A program made the translations under genes and the position numbers. The notes beneath the pieces are model-generated. The model worked only from the letters and a program-made list of their open reading frames with translations. It had not been told where the DNA came from and did no database searches. Source: Candidatus Kerfeldbacteria bacterium (GTDB taxonomy: Bacteria; Patescibacteriota; Patescibacteriia; UBA9570; XYC2-FULL-38-9). From it: a DNA stretch of 64,000 nt. Shown here piece by piece: positions 9,522-19,869 of this stretch; the first letter of the stretch is position 1, and every line of letters starts with the position of its first letter. The stretch spans positions 53 to 64,052 of the forward strand of contig JACPGJ010000007.1 in NCBI GenBank assembly GCA_016182555.1. The letters run 5' to 3'.

Positions 9522-11590
9522 ATCATCATACGGACATCAAGAATATCTGCGCCACTGCCCTGCCCATGCACGACAACGGGATTCAAATCCATTTCAGAAA
9601 TTTCCGGGTATTCGATGGCAATGCGTGCGGCAGTCATCAAAATATGCACAAGGGCATCAATGTCATGGTGTTTCAATAATGGTGACATACGCAGTTGGGT
9701 AATCATTTCATGCGCTTGTTGCCGGCTGACCGGTGCAATAGCAAATGCCACATCTTGCATCAGTTCAACATACGAACCACCAAGGCCAATCATCATCATT
9801 GGACCAAACGACGAATCACGTTTCATGCCAATAATCACTTCCCGGCTCGCGTGAGTGCTGATGAGTTGTGGTTGCACCAATAGGCCTTCCACCTCTGCCC
9901 GGTGATGCGTTTTTGCTACATGGTGGGTAATTTTTCGGAATGCCGCTTTTGCTTCGATCACGTTCTGGATATTCAAAATAATGCCGCCAGCTGCTGCTTT
10001 GTGGACAATATCGCGTGAAGCAATTTTAGCAACAACGGGAAAGTGAGTGAGGCGCTCACAATCGCGTTCGGTTTTGACAAGGCGAGATTTGAGTACAGGT
10101 AAATGATAGCGTTGTAAAATATGTTCAGCATCAATGGTGCGTAATTGCAGTGCATGGCCATTTTTTCCAACGGTGTGCGTTTTTGCGGGCACTGAAAAAC
10201 GCATTGGTGCAGCAGGATGAGTGCTCCACTGAGTAAGAATATTCAACGCGTTTACCGCACGTTCCGGCGTATCATATTGCGGAATGCCGCCGGTTTCTAA
10301 TATCATACGGCCAGAGTGAATGGCTTGACCACCCATAAAGCTGGCAATCACTGGTTTGCCATATTTTTGCCGTAACCGAATGATACTCTGCGCAATCGTA
10401 TCATCATCTGTCATCACTTGCGGAGTAAGAATACAAATCACACTATCAACTTCACGCGAGGCCAGCGCGGTTTTCAGTGCATATTCAAAGCGTTGTGGTG
10501 TCGCGTCACCAATCACATCGATCGGGTTTTTGACACTAGCGGAATTCGGTAAATGAAAAGCTAATTTTTTTTGTAACGTTTTGCTTGGTTGAATGAGGTG
10601 AAGGGTGGTCGAGGCAGCAGCATCAACAGCCATAATCCCCGGACCACCAGCATTGGTAATAATCGCCACACGGTTCCCTTTCGGTTGTGGAGCTTGGCTA
10701 CAGATAAGTGCGTAATCAAAAAATTCCTGAATGGTGTGTGCTTGAATTACTCCGGCTTGGCGAAGGCCAGTGCGAATTGCTTCTTCGCTACCCGCGAGTG
10801 AACCGGTATGTGAACTCACCGCCATTTGGGCACGCAATGAGGTACCGGCCTTGAGAACAATAATGGGTTTTCGGCGTGCAATACGTGAAGCGGCTTCCAT
10901 AAATGCCCGACCACTGGTGAGGCTTTCCAGATAGAACATGATAACGTTTGTTGCCTTGTCTTGCCCAAGATAATCCAAACAGTCTATTTCATCGATATCC
11001 GCTTTGTTACCGATCGATAACACTTTTGCAAAACCCAACTTACTTTCGTATGCCCAGTCAAGCATAGCCACACCCATCGCACCAGATTGTGATACCAGTG
11101 AAATATTGCCTGGTGCTGGTATGCCTGCAGCAAAGGAAGCATTCAATCGATTATGCGCGTTAATAAACCCTAAACAATTCGGTCCAACAAGACGAATATG
11201 ATATTTCGCCGCAAGTTTCACCAGCGCTTCTTCCGCTGCGTGGCCTTCTTCGCCAATTTCTTTAAAGCCAGCAGTGATAATAATGGCAAATGGAATGCGT
11301 TTTTTTCCACAATCACGAAGAACACCCGCAACCGCTTCACGCGGAACAACGATGAGTGCTACATCAATTGGTTTTTTAATTTTAGTGACACTTGGCCACG
11401 CGTGGAGCCCTTCAATGTCTGTTGCGGCTGGATTGACTGGATAGATCGCGCCAGTATAGCCAAATTGTTTCACATTGAGTAGCACATCGTGACCCAGTTT
11501 TCCTGGCGTGCGCGAAGCACCAATAACCGCGATTGATTTTGGGTATAATAAAAAATGAAGTACATGCATATTACACACACTATACCACAA
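9518..11590 (-). CDS. Acetyl-CoA synthetase (ADP-forming), fused alpha/beta (CoA-binding + ATP-grasp)
   Basis: YPKSIAVIGAS CoA-binding N-terminus, succinyl-CoA-synthetase-like middle and ATP-grasp C-terminus. Length 690 aa. The true start may be the internal ATG at 11569 (MHVLHF). Confidence 0.8.
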   Translation of the reverse strand: MWYSVCNMHVLHFLLYPKSIAVIGASRTPGKLGHDVLLNVKQFGYTGAIYPVNPAATDIEGLHAWPSVTKIKKPIDVALIVVPREAVAGVLRDCGKKRIPFAIIITAGFKEIGEEGHAAEEALVKLAAKYHIRLVGPNCLGFINAHNRLNASFAAGIPAPGNISLVSQSGAMGVAMLDWAYESKLGFAKVLSIGNKADIDEIDCLDYLGQDKATNVIMFYLESLTSGRAFMEAASRIARRKPIIVLKAGTSLRAQMAVSSHTGSLAGSEEAIRTGLRQAGVIQAHTIQEFFDYALICSQAPQPKGNRVAIITNAGGPGIMAVDAAASTTLHLIQPSKTLQKKLAFHLPNSASVKNPIDVIGDATPQRFEYALKTALASREVDSVICILTPQVMTDDDTIAQSIIRLRQKYGKPVIASFMGGQAIHSGRMILETGGIPQYDTPERAVNALNILTQWSTHPAAPMRFSVPAKTHTVGKNGHALQLRTIDAEHILQRYHLPVLKSRLVKTERDCERLTHFPVVAKIASRDIVHKAAAGGIILNIQNVIEAKAAFRKITHHVAKTHHRAEVEGLLVQPQLISTHASREVIIGMKRDSSFGPMMMIGLGGSYVELMQDVAFAIAPVSRQQAHEMITQLRMSPLLKHHDIDALVHILMTAARIAIEYPEISEMDLNPVVVHGQGSGADILDVRMMI

Positions 11591-11638
11591 ATGATGATAT
11601 TATTCTAAAAAAATTTATGCTGGGGGCGAAGGCACCAT

Positions 11639-11899
11639 TCAATGAGAGAATACGCGCATTTCAGCGGCGACAATTTCATGAAAATCTTTAACCTTCTTTT
11701 GCAGCGCGTCGGCTTTCTTGAGTACGATTTCTAAAAAGTGATGGATGACTTCTGGCTGGTGTTCAAATAACTGAATGAGTTGAATACGTTGGGTTGGGGA
11801 GAGTTTATCAAAAACCGTTAACCACTTGTCGTAGTGTTTACGGGGTACTGAGCTCTGCCCTAATAATTGAATGAATTGGAGTTCAATAAATGGAAGCAT
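11639..11899 (-). CDS. Hypothetical protein (86 aa)
   Basis: ORF only, packed 3 nt after the next gene. Confidence 0.35.
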   Translation of the reverse strand: MLPFIELQFIQLLGQSSVPRKHYDKWLTVFDKLSPTQRIQLIQLFEHQPEVIHHFLEIVLKKADALQKKVKDFHEIVAAEMRVFSH

Positions 11900-11902
11900 A
11901 AT

Positions 11903-12715
11903 TTATGGTTTGAGTCGTCCTTCTTGTGCAGTTATCGTTACTGACCAATATTCTCCCTCGCGGTGAGGTGGCTGGTCTAGAGTGTAACTAGCAATTATTC
12001 CCCGAGTCGTCAAACTATTTGATACTTCTGTTCCATTCGATTCTTCTATTTTTTTGCTAAAATTAGTCATTTTTGTGTCAACTCTTGTCTCGGTATCGAT
12101 ATGGGATTCAAAGTATTCTGCTGCGCCACGCAACGCTTTAGCAATTGCTTCATCTGCAGTGAAACCAAGAGCCGTATAGGTCGTTGTTCTTCCTATTTTT
12201 TCAATAGAAAGAGCTGGTTGTATTTCAAAAATTTCCACATGCTCTGTACGTATCGCCCTGGCTGTTGTTCTCTTTGGTGTACGAACATCTGCAGTATAAT
12301 ATCCTGTGGAAGCAGAAACAATAATATTACGCTCCGGCCAGTGAGCAATTGATTTTGCAGAAATAGGAATAAGCTCCGCTGAGCCGATTATTTCAATCCG
12401 TTGATTAAACACTTGTCTCCCACCAATGCCCTCAACTGATGGTGGTTGCAGTTCGCGAACAGTTTTTTCCAAGCCGGTATTCTCCGTCCCATATTCAGCA
12501 CTCTGTTCTTGGCGACCAGATTCTTGTGCGTGTGCAGCAACGGGAGCAACCATTTCTCCGGCTAGCAAGGTGCTCAACGTCATCCATGCAGCCGCACGTC
12601 TGCGACGTTCAGGGGCAACGGTTTGTAACGCTTTTTCTTCCTGTGCAGCCAATACACGTAATGGGGAATGTTCTTGCTGTTCTACTTGACGCGAACGTGA
12701 TACTTCAAGCGACAT
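11903..12715 (-). CDS. Hypothetical secreted/membrane-anchored protein
   Basis: Internal signal/TM-like RRRRAAAWMTLSTLLAGEMVAPVAAHA. Start uncertain; the ORF track gives 12796, overlapping eno. Confidence 0.45.
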   Translation of the reverse strand: MSLEVSRSRQVEQQEHSPLRVLAAQEEKALQTVAPERRRRAAAWMTLSTLLAGEMVAPVAAHAQESGRQEQSAEYGTENTGLEKTVRELQPPSVEGIGGRQVFNQRIEIIGSAELIPISAKSIAHWPERNIIVSASTGYYTADVRTPKRTTARAIRTEHVEIFEIQPALSIEKIGRTTTYTALGFTADEAIAKALRGAAEYFESHIDTETRVDTKMTNFSKKIEESNGTEVSNSLTTRGIIASYTLDQPPHREGEYWSVTITAQEGRLKP

Positions 12716-13946
12716 AGTGTTCAATAGCCATGAGGCGATTATATTTAGCCACGCGTTCAGAGCGCGATAATGAACCGGTTTTGATATATTCCGCATTCAC
12801 CGCTACAGCAAGGTCGGCAATCGTTGTGTCTTCGGTTTCACCGGAGCGATGAGAAATAATGACAGTATATTTGTATTGTTGCGCAAGCTGAATTGCATCA
12901 ATGGTTTCGGTGAGTGTACCAATTTGATTGACTTTAATCAAAATAGCATTTGCCACGCCTCGATCTATCCCCTGTTGCAACCGTTTCACATTGGTGACAA
13001 ACAGATCATCGCCGACTAACCGAATTCGCCCGCCCAACTGCTTCGTCAGCATTTGCCATCCATCCCAATCATCTTCCGCTAATCCATCTTCAATAGAAAT
13101 GATCGCATATTTTTCAATCCATGCATCATAGACGGCAATCAACTCTTGCGCCGTAAGCATCTTGCCATCAAATGCATACTGGCCGTCACGGAAAAATTCT
13201 GAAGCAGCGGCATCAAAGGCAATACAAACATCTTGCCCGAGCGTATAACCAGCCTGGGTGACTGCTTCCACAATGGCTTCTAGTGCGGCTTCGTTACTCC
13301 GAAGGTGCGGTGCGAACCCACCTTCATCACCCACACTCACCACTTGCTTCTGTTTTTTCAAAATATCTTTTAACGCATGAAAAATTTCTGCTCCAGCACG
13401 AACACGTTCACTCAACTGTTGTTGTTGCGGCACAATCATAAATTCTTGAATATCGAGGCCGCTATCTGCATGGACTCCACCATTGATAATATTCATCATC
13501 GGGTAGGGCAACCGATATTCGCTAGCGGAAAACCGAAAACCACGCCGAATAGATTCATATAATTCCACGCCTTGCACCTGCGCAGCGAGGCGTGCAACAG
13601 CAAGCGATACTGCTAAAATTGCGTTTGCTCCAAGTTTTGATTTATTTTCCGTACCATCGAGTAAAATCATCGCTTCATCAATGGCCCGTTGATTCATGAT
13701 ATCCAAATCTTTTACTGCCGAAAAAATGAGTTCTTCGACATTTTTGCATGCAGTCAACACCCCTGTGCCACCATATCGATTTTTATCACCATCACGCAGT
13801 TCGTGCGCTTCGTGTACACCCGTGGAGGCACCAGAAGGCACCATTGCTTCAGCGTTGAACCCATTTTCAGCAACAGCGCGTACCGCGATGGTCGGGTTCC
13901 CACGTGAATCTAAAATTTCTCGAGCTTGTAATTTTTGAATTTTCAT
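12705..13946 (-). CDS. eno: Enolase
   Basis: EILDSRGNPTIAV, SGASTG.HEA.ELRDGDK and IKVNQIGTLTET motifs. Confidence 0.95.
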   Translation of the reverse strand: MKIQKLQAREILDSRGNPTIAVRAVAENGFNAEAMVPSGASTGVHEAHELRDGDKNRYGGTGVLTACKNVEELIFSAVKDLDIMNQRAIDEAMILLDGTENKSKLGANAILAVSLAVARLAAQVQGVELYESIRRGFRFSASEYRLPYPMMNIINGGVHADSGLDIQEFMIVPQQQQLSERVRAGAEIFHALKDILKKQKQVVSVGDEGGFAPHLRSNEAALEAIVEAVTQAGYTLGQDVCIAFDAAASEFFRDGQYAFDGKMLTAQELIAVYDAWIEKYAIISIEDGLAEDDWDGWQMLTKQLGGRIRLVGDDLFVTNVKRLQQGIDRGVANAILIKVNQIGTLTETIDAIQLAQQYKYTVIISHRSGETEDTTIADLAVAVNAEYIKTGSLSRSERVAKYNRLMAIEHYVA

Positions 13947-13958
13947 ATTCTTATTATA

Positions 13959-15173
13959 CTACTCCATCGCTGCGAGTCCAGGCAGAGTTTCTTGTGCAAG
14001 ATAGGCAAGGCTCGCCCCACCACCGGTCGACACATGCCGAAACCGCCCTTGCAAATGGAATTTTTCGACAACACTTTCCGTATCACCACCACCGAGCACC
14101 GCATACCCCGCCGATTCGGCAATAGCGACTGCCACCGCACGCGAGCCACCGGAGTAGGCCTCTTGTTCGAATAACCCCATGGGCCCGTTCCAAAAAATTG
14201 TTTTCGCTTGGGCCAATACATCACGATACAACGCTTGAGTTTTCGGACCAATATCTAACAACAGCCAACCCTCAGGCACGCGTTCTTTTTCAATATCAAT
14301 AATTTGCGTTGGCGCACCGGGTGTGGTATTCGGAGCCGCAATATAATCGAGCGGTAACTGTACTTTATGCAATTTTCCACTAGGAATATTCACATGAATT
14401 TTCGGCTGCTGCGAAGAAAAACGCTGCCAGAGGTCATGCGCGACTGTTGCCGCATCTTTTTCCATGAGCGAACCGCCGACATCGTATCCCAAACCGTGCA
14501 AAAAGGTATTTGCAATTCCGCCACCAACCAATACCACATCTGCCAATGGCGCCAAGTGTTGAATCACTGGCACTTTATCCGAAATTTTTGCGCCACCAAC
14601 CACAATCACCAGTGGCTGTTCGGGTTGGTGTGCAATCTTGTCCAAAGCTTCCAACTCTTCTTGAATAAGAAAACCGATGCCTTTATCAAAAATAAGTGAC
14701 GGCAAGGCAGAAGTAGATGCGTGTGCTCGATGCAGAGCGCCAAACGCATCAGTGATATACACATCAATACCAGCAGCGAGTTGTTCGGCAAAGTGTAAGT
14801 CGTTTTTTTCTTCTTGTGGGTAAAAACGAACATTTTCGAGCAAGAGCACTTCACCGGGTTTCAAAGCATTTTTTTGTTCTTCTACTTGGGGCCCGACACA
14901 ATCATCGACATAGCGCACTTGTTGACCAAGTAATTCACTTAACCGTTTCGCCACGGGCTGCAGGCGCAACTCCGGTACCACTTTTCCGCCCGGCCGACCG
15001 AGATGCGATGCTAGCACCACTGCTGCGCCTTTTTGTAAACAGTATTCAATCGTCGGCAACACTGCTTTGATGCGTGTATCATCAGTAATGCGCCCATTGT
15101 CGAGCGGTACATTAAAATCAGCACGCAAAAAAACTTTTTGATTGTGCAAAGGAATATCTCTAACAGTTCTCAT
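13959..15173 (-). CDS. pgk: Phosphoglycerate kinase
   Basis: VFLRADFNVPLD and LASHLGRP motifs. Length 404 aa. Confidence 0.95.
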   Translation of the reverse strand: MRTVRDIPLHNQKVFLRADFNVPLDNGRITDDTRIKAVLPTIEYCLQKGAAVVLASHLGRPGGKVVPELRLQPVAKRLSELLGQQVRYVDDCVGPQVEEQKNALKPGEVLLLENVRFYPQEEKNDLHFAEQLAAGIDVYITDAFGALHRAHASTSALPSLIFDKGIGFLIQEELEALDKIAHQPEQPLVIVVGGAKISDKVPVIQHLAPLADVVLVGGGIANTFLHGLGYDVGGSLMEKDAATVAHDLWQRFSSQQPKIHVNIPSGKLHKVQLPLDYIAAPNTTPGAPTQIIDIEKERVPEGWLLLDIGPKTQALYRDVLAQAKTIFWNGPMGLFEQEAYSGGSRAVAVAIAESAGYAVLGGGDTESVVEKFHLQGRFRHVSTGGGASLAYLAQETLPGLAAME

Positions 15174-15193
15174 AAGTGTACCAAACGCGTAAT

Positions 15194-16435
15194 TTATAAT
15201 GAGTCATTTTTTATCATCATACGCAAACCACGATACCAAAGTGAACACGCCTGCATAAAGGGTAACACAGATTTGAAATGACGAAAATCGACAAATTTGC
15301 GAACAAACCAGCCGATCATTCCTGTCAGCACCCATCCATTCGGAAGTTCCACAATACCATTTTTGCCACCCATGGTAATCACTATACCTTCATTTTTCAT
15401 GGTATAGTTTTCCAATGCTTCTTTTCGCAATAGATGCATGACATTCGCTGCAGCGATTGGTCCTTGATGCACCGCTTCATGGGCGGTTTGTGGCGCATAT
15501 TGTTTTTCGCCCACAGAACATTCTGCTGAATCTCCAATAGCAAATACATTATCTTGTTGTTCCAACTGTAACGTTGATCGCACCGTCAGTTGTCCCCGCT
15601 TCGTTAACACAAAATCAGTTTTCCGTAATATACTGTTTGCGCCAATGCCACCAGTCCAAATAATCATATCACCTTCTAATACCTCACCAGTCGTCGAAAT
15701 GACTTTGCCTTTTTCCGCCTGAGCAATTAAAAAATTGGTCTTCATCCGAATGCCTAATTTTTTCAAACGTTGTGCTGCAGCGGTTTGCGTTTTTTTACTA
15801 AACGGTGGCAATACGGTGTCGCGACCTTCCACAATGGTAATCGCAAAACAGTTCTTTTTCACCTGTGCAATACAGGCTTGTCGCATCTCGGCGGCGAGCT
15901 CCACCCCAGCCGCACCAGCACCACAAATAATAACATGCACCTGCGGTTGAGCTTCCATAAGGGCATACACGGTTTTACGAATATTCACGGCATGGTCGAT
16001 CCATTTAAATGGTATTGAATGTTCTTGCATACCTGGAATGCCAAAATAAAATGGTTCGCTACCCAGTGCAAAAATGAGGTAATCGTAATCAACTTCCCCC
16101 TTACTCGTCATCACCTGTTTGTGTTTGGAATCTACCGATTGTATGTCTGCTTGAATAAATCCAACTGATTGTTTACCCAAAACTGTGCGAATATTCAACG
16201 TGACGGTCTGTTTCAGTTGCTCTTCATTTTCAATCTCTTTTGCAGCTGAAGCAATTTCATAGAGGTCTGGAGTGAAGAGTTGAAAATCATTGCGATCAAT
16301 GAGAACAATATCGATATCTTCTTGAGTTCGGCGTTCGCTTTGGCGTTGCCGATGCTGGCGTTTCAACTTCCCCAATTCCAATGCCGCCGATAACCCAGCA
16401 AACCCTGCTCCTAAAATAACTACTCGTTTTGACAT
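15194..16435 (-). CDS. ndh: Type II NADH dehydrogenase (NDH-2) / FAD-dependent pyridine nucleotide-disulfide oxidoreductase
   Basis: VVILGAGFAGL and ICGAGAAGVELAAE dinucleotide folds, plus FAIGD. Confidence 0.8.
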   Translation of the reverse strand: MSKRVVILGAGFAGLSAALELGKLKRQHRQRQSERRTQEDIDIVLIDRNDFQLFTPDLYEIASAAKEIENEEQLKQTVTLNIRTVLGKQSVGFIQADIQSVDSKHKQVMTSKGEVDYDYLIFALGSEPFYFGIPGMQEHSIPFKWIDHAVNIRKTVYALMEAQPQVHVIICGAGAAGVELAAEMRQACIAQVKKNCFAITIVEGRDTVLPPFSKKTQTAAAQRLKKLGIRMKTNFLIAQAEKGKVISTTGEVLEGDMIIWTGGIGANSILRKTDFVLTKRGQLTVRSTLQLEQQDNVFAIGDSAECSVGEKQYAPQTAHEAVHQGPIAAANVMHLLRKEALENYTMKNEGIVITMGGKNGIVELPNGWVLTGMIGWFVRKFVDFRHFKSVLPFMQACSLWYRGLRMMIKNDSL

Positions 16436-16902
16436 ACGCTACGTATTATAGCGCAATCTGAACAGTATTTCAATAGCCACACATACTATCTGTAACACAA
16501 CGCCATTCTAACCGCATGCGTAGCGACGGCTCTTTTTTTTGTGACTTGCCTAATATTAGGCAAAATATTGTTGGCGAATTTGAGACGGCTAAAAAATCTG
16601 TGGATAACTTTGATAAAAATCATTTTTCTTACTTGCATAAAAAAATATTCGATCTATACTGCATGATAGATACTATTTTTTCAACACTAACTGAACAGAT
16701 TATTTTTTAAAGCACCTTCTCCAATCACCATGCATTGATTCCACCCAACCAGCGGTAAGGCGATGCCTCGTTAAGAGCATCCACCCAAATCTCCTTTCCT
16801 CTGGTGAATCATTCTGCATTGTGCAGATGAATAATCAGAATCTTTGGTTGTTGGATAGATCCACCAACAAGGATATTCATTGAATTGGAAAGGAGAAGGA
16901 TC

Positions 16903-17973
16903 ATGTATGGGAACAGGTGTACTTTCAAAAATCATCATCCAAGGTGGCGCATTACGACACTCGTAACCATTTCTGCCCTACTGTTACAGCTCATGGTAAT
17001 CATGGGTTGCGGCAATGAGGAAGACGCCAACGATACGCTCGATGAAACGATGTTCGGTGAAGGGGGCGTTGATCAACCGACACTGAACAAAACCACCGCC
17101 ACTTACACTTACCACCTCCCCTACTTCAGCGGTGAGAGCTACGTCGCAACCACCTACAGCGGCCACAACGCCTGGGACTTCAACCTTTCTGGTACTTCGG
17201 GCGATGGGGACTGTGGTGAGCCTGTTGTCGCTGTCACCAGCGGGAAAATTATTGGTGTGGTCAGCACCTCAGACGCGAACTGCGAAGGGTGTACGAATAG
17301 CCCTGGTAATTACGTGAAGCTGGACCACGACATCGATAGTAATACCTCGTACTACTATCATCTGCGGGATGTGTATGTGGTCAGCGGCCAGTGGGTGCAG
17401 CAGGGTCAGGCACTGGGAACGTTGGGTGATAGCGGAAATGCGAGTGCGTGCCATCTGCATTACGAAATTCGTAATTCGTCTGGAACGCAGATCACCCAGA
17501 GCACCAAGTTCTACTTCTACAAGAACGGTGCCTACACCTCGAACACGCTCTCCAGCGGTTCCACATATACCAGCTACAACCACTACATCATCAGCAATGC
17601 CGCAAGCCGAAATGGTGGCAGCAGTAAGGTCGGCACAGCCACCACCAAGGTTGCTTACCCCGCAGACGTCGAGGGGGAAGGCTTCGTGATGTATTACAGC
17701 GGCGGCAGCTACGGAACCTGCGGCATCTACTACGAAGCGAAAGGCTGCAAGGGTGGAGACTTCTGTCCCAGCTACAACAACACCAACAGCGCCTGGCTGG
17801 TGCGCACGGGGTTCTACGCGTGGTACGATGCCTGTGGTGAAGCAGACACCTGCTGGGTAGGCTTTCCCACTGGCGATGAATTCAGCGTCTCTGGTGGCGC
17901 GAAGCAGACCTTTGAGTACGGCTACCTGGTGTATAGTACCTCCACCGGCCAGGTCACGGCCTATTCCTACTGA
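16903..17973 (+). CDS. M23 (LytM-type) metallopeptidase lipoprotein, GC-rich gene
   Basis: HNAWD (HxxxD) and SACHLHYEI (HxH) zinc motifs. Lipobox VIMGC. The ORF track starts at TTG 16885; ATG 16903 follows GGAAAGGAGAAGGA. GC is visibly higher than the flanks and a 243-aa antisense ORF is open. Confidence 0.8.
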   Translation: MYGNRCTFKNHHPRWRITTLVTISALLLQLMVIMGCGNEEDANDTLDETMFGEGGVDQPTLNKTTATYTYHLPYFSGESYVATTYSGHNAWDFNLSGTSGDGDCGEPVVAVTSGKIIGVVSTSDANCEGCTNSPGNYVKLDHDIDSNTSYYYHLRDVYVVSGQWVQQGQALGTLGDSGNASACHLHYEIRNSSGTQITQSTKFYFYKNGAYTSNTLSSGSTYTSYNHYIISNAASRNGGSSKVGTATTKVAYPADVEGEGFVMYYSGGSYGTCGIYYEAKGCKGGDFCPSYNNTNSAWLVRTGFYAWYDACGEADTCWVGFPTGDEFSVSGGAKQTFEYGYLVYSTSTGQVTAYSY

Positions 17974-18036
17974 ATCAACCTGCCACAATATCATCGCCAT
18001 TCTCCTTGCGAATCAATTTTCCTTTCCTACCTGCAG

Positions 18037-18070
18037 GGGGATAGCTATGAAAACGAATATAGCTATCCCC
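18037..18070 (+). terminator. Perfect 12-bp hairpin (GGGGATAGCTAT...ATAGCTATCCCC) just after the M23 gene
   Basis: Inverted repeat seen directly. There is no clean U-tract after it. Confidence 0.3.
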
Positions 18071-18112
18071 TCTCATCTCCCCCCTGTATCAAAAAATTAT
18101 TAAAACGATACC

Positions 18113-19402
18113 ATGAAAAAAATCATCGCACTCTTATTCGTCGCCACCTTTGCCACAACTGGTTGCGCATGGAATACAACCGCGAACCAAAATGAACCAT
18201 CTGTTACGGCACAAACAAACACCGCAACAGTGGATCTTGTCGCACGTGTTCCCGATATTTACATCGAAGAACAAAATGGACAAAAGATATATCGCAACCT
18301 TGAAAAAGAACTTGCGATCGCTTTTCCCGCAGATTGGAGTTATTCCCTACCCTGGATGTATGGCACAAACACTGCGAAAGATGGATTATTAGATATCACC
18401 CATGCCGACCCTGAACGCGGTTTTCGGGAGAGTGAGATCGTCTATGAAAATGAAGGGGTAGTGTCATTCAAAATGATTTCCGATTCCGAACAGCCAGATC
18501 AATTTCAAACCTATCGCGAACTGTTTGAAGGAACAACCGAACTACCATTGGATACATCGGGTTTTGCCAATTTAACTCATACACTCACCAAAGAAGAATC
18601 GCTTATAGTTGCCGGTTATCCTGCAAAACAGTACGTAGTTGCTTCACGATCAATGAATACAGAAACACCCGTAGGAGATGATAATATGACGATCATTGTG
18701 AAAGTAGATTCGTTTCGTTTTGCCGTGTTTCAAGCAAAAATCGGTATAGGTTCTTCCCACGATACTCTCCAAGCAGATGTCATCGCTATTGCAAATTCGT
18801 TTATATTACAAACCGGCAACAATGAACCTCCGGCATTAACGATCAATAGAATAGACAAGGCTCCTGTTCGTGTTGAAGAAGGAGCAACAACGATCGGTAA
18901 AAAAAGATACGTGAACGAAACTGAGCATATCGCGCTTGAATTTCCATTTAATTGGTATCATTCTGTCCTGCGAACATATCCTCCAATCATAGAAACATTT
19001 CCACTACGATTAAGTTTAATGCGCTTTAATTCCGATTCAACACAACAGATCGGCAAAACCACACTTTCATTGTATATACAGGGTGAAACGGAGCCGGAAA
19101 CATTTGAAAAATTGCAAAAACAATTGAACACGGAAATAATTGAACAAGCGGAGAATGATCCATTACATTTGCAGATGGTATCAGTAGAAGATTTGAAAAT
19201 AGATGAAAAAAGCGGTAAACAATTTGTGTATACAAAATCAACAACGGCTGATAATACCGTAAAACAATATGGTCGTGAAATTATTGTTGCATTGAATGAA
19301 GATACGTTGCTGCAATTGCAAACATCTTATGCTGCTGGTGCAGAAATAGCCGCCATCCAAGAAGAGATCGAATTCATTGAACAAAGCATTTCGTTAGAAT
19401 AA
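18113..19402 (+). CDS. Hypothetical lipoprotein (429 aa)
   Basis: MKKIIALLFVATFATTGC signal peptide and lipobox. No recognised domain. Confidence 0.6.
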   Translation: MKKIIALLFVATFATTGCAWNTTANQNEPSVTAQTNTATVDLVARVPDIYIEEQNGQKIYRNLEKELAIAFPADWSYSLPWMYGTNTAKDGLLDITHADPERGFRESEIVYENEGVVSFKMISDSEQPDQFQTYRELFEGTTELPLDTSGFANLTHTLTKEESLIVAGYPAKQYVVASRSMNTETPVGDDNMTIIVKVDSFRFAVFQAKIGIGSSHDTLQADVIAIANSFILQTGNNEPPALTINRIDKAPVRVEEGATTIGKKRYVNETEHIALEFPFNWYHSVLRTYPPIIETFPLRLSLMRFNSDSTQQIGKTTLSLYIQGETEPETFEKLQKQLNTEIIEQAENDPLHLQMVSVEDLKIDEKSGKQFVYTKSTTADNTVKQYGREIIVALNEDTLLQLQTSYAAGAEIAAIQEEIEFIEQSISLE

Positions 19403-19523
19403 ATATTTCATTGTTACTTTTCCACCCTTCCAGAAGTAAGGAAACACCTGGCCGTTTCTTTACTTCTGATACGTTGAATTTTCACGTTTCAGATTTCACT
19501 ACCGAACAAATGAGGAGGGAAAA

Positions 19524-19820
19524 ATGTTCACAGAATTGTTTTGGCTTTGGTGGCTCGTATTTTCGCATTCAACTTCTCTAACGCAGGAAACAATACTGCA
19601 AGACTGTTTGTTGCCGCCCACTGTGCGAATCGAGCGGCTGATGGATGTGGCGTTGACCATCCATCCCGTTTCCGGACGGCTATATTGGTTCATTCTGGAA
19701 GAAGATTGCGAGTACGATACACGCTTGACGGTTCTCGATGCCAAGAGTTGCAAAACCGTGTTGATGTTGCATGGAGCAATGGATATTCCGTTGCAGCAAC
19801 TCGTGGTACACCGTTGGTGA
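19524..19820 (+). CDS. Hypothetical small protein (98 aa, Trp-rich N-terminus)
   Basis: AGGAGGG 6 nt upstream of ATG. Otherwise ORF only. Confidence 0.35.
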   Translation: MFTELFWLWWLVFSHSTSLTQETILQDCLLPPTVRIERLMDVALTIHPVSGRLYWFILEEDCEYDTRLTVLDAKSCKTVLMLHGAMDIPLQQLVVHRW

Positions 19821-19869
19821 ACATGTGCAGAGGCAGAGGTTGTGCATGGCGCTATGTGGCCAACCTCTG

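Noticed and set aside
12426-12717. Plus-strand ORFs 12426..12689 and 12439..12717 and similar 60-150-aa ORFs inside eno, pgk, argS, recJ and the GT4 gene
   Set aside because: Embedded antisense or out-of-frame within confidently identified genes.
17269-18000. 243-aa minus-strand ORF
   Set aside because: Antisense to the M23 peptidase gene in a GC-rich segment. Pro/Ala/Gly/Val-rich junk translation.
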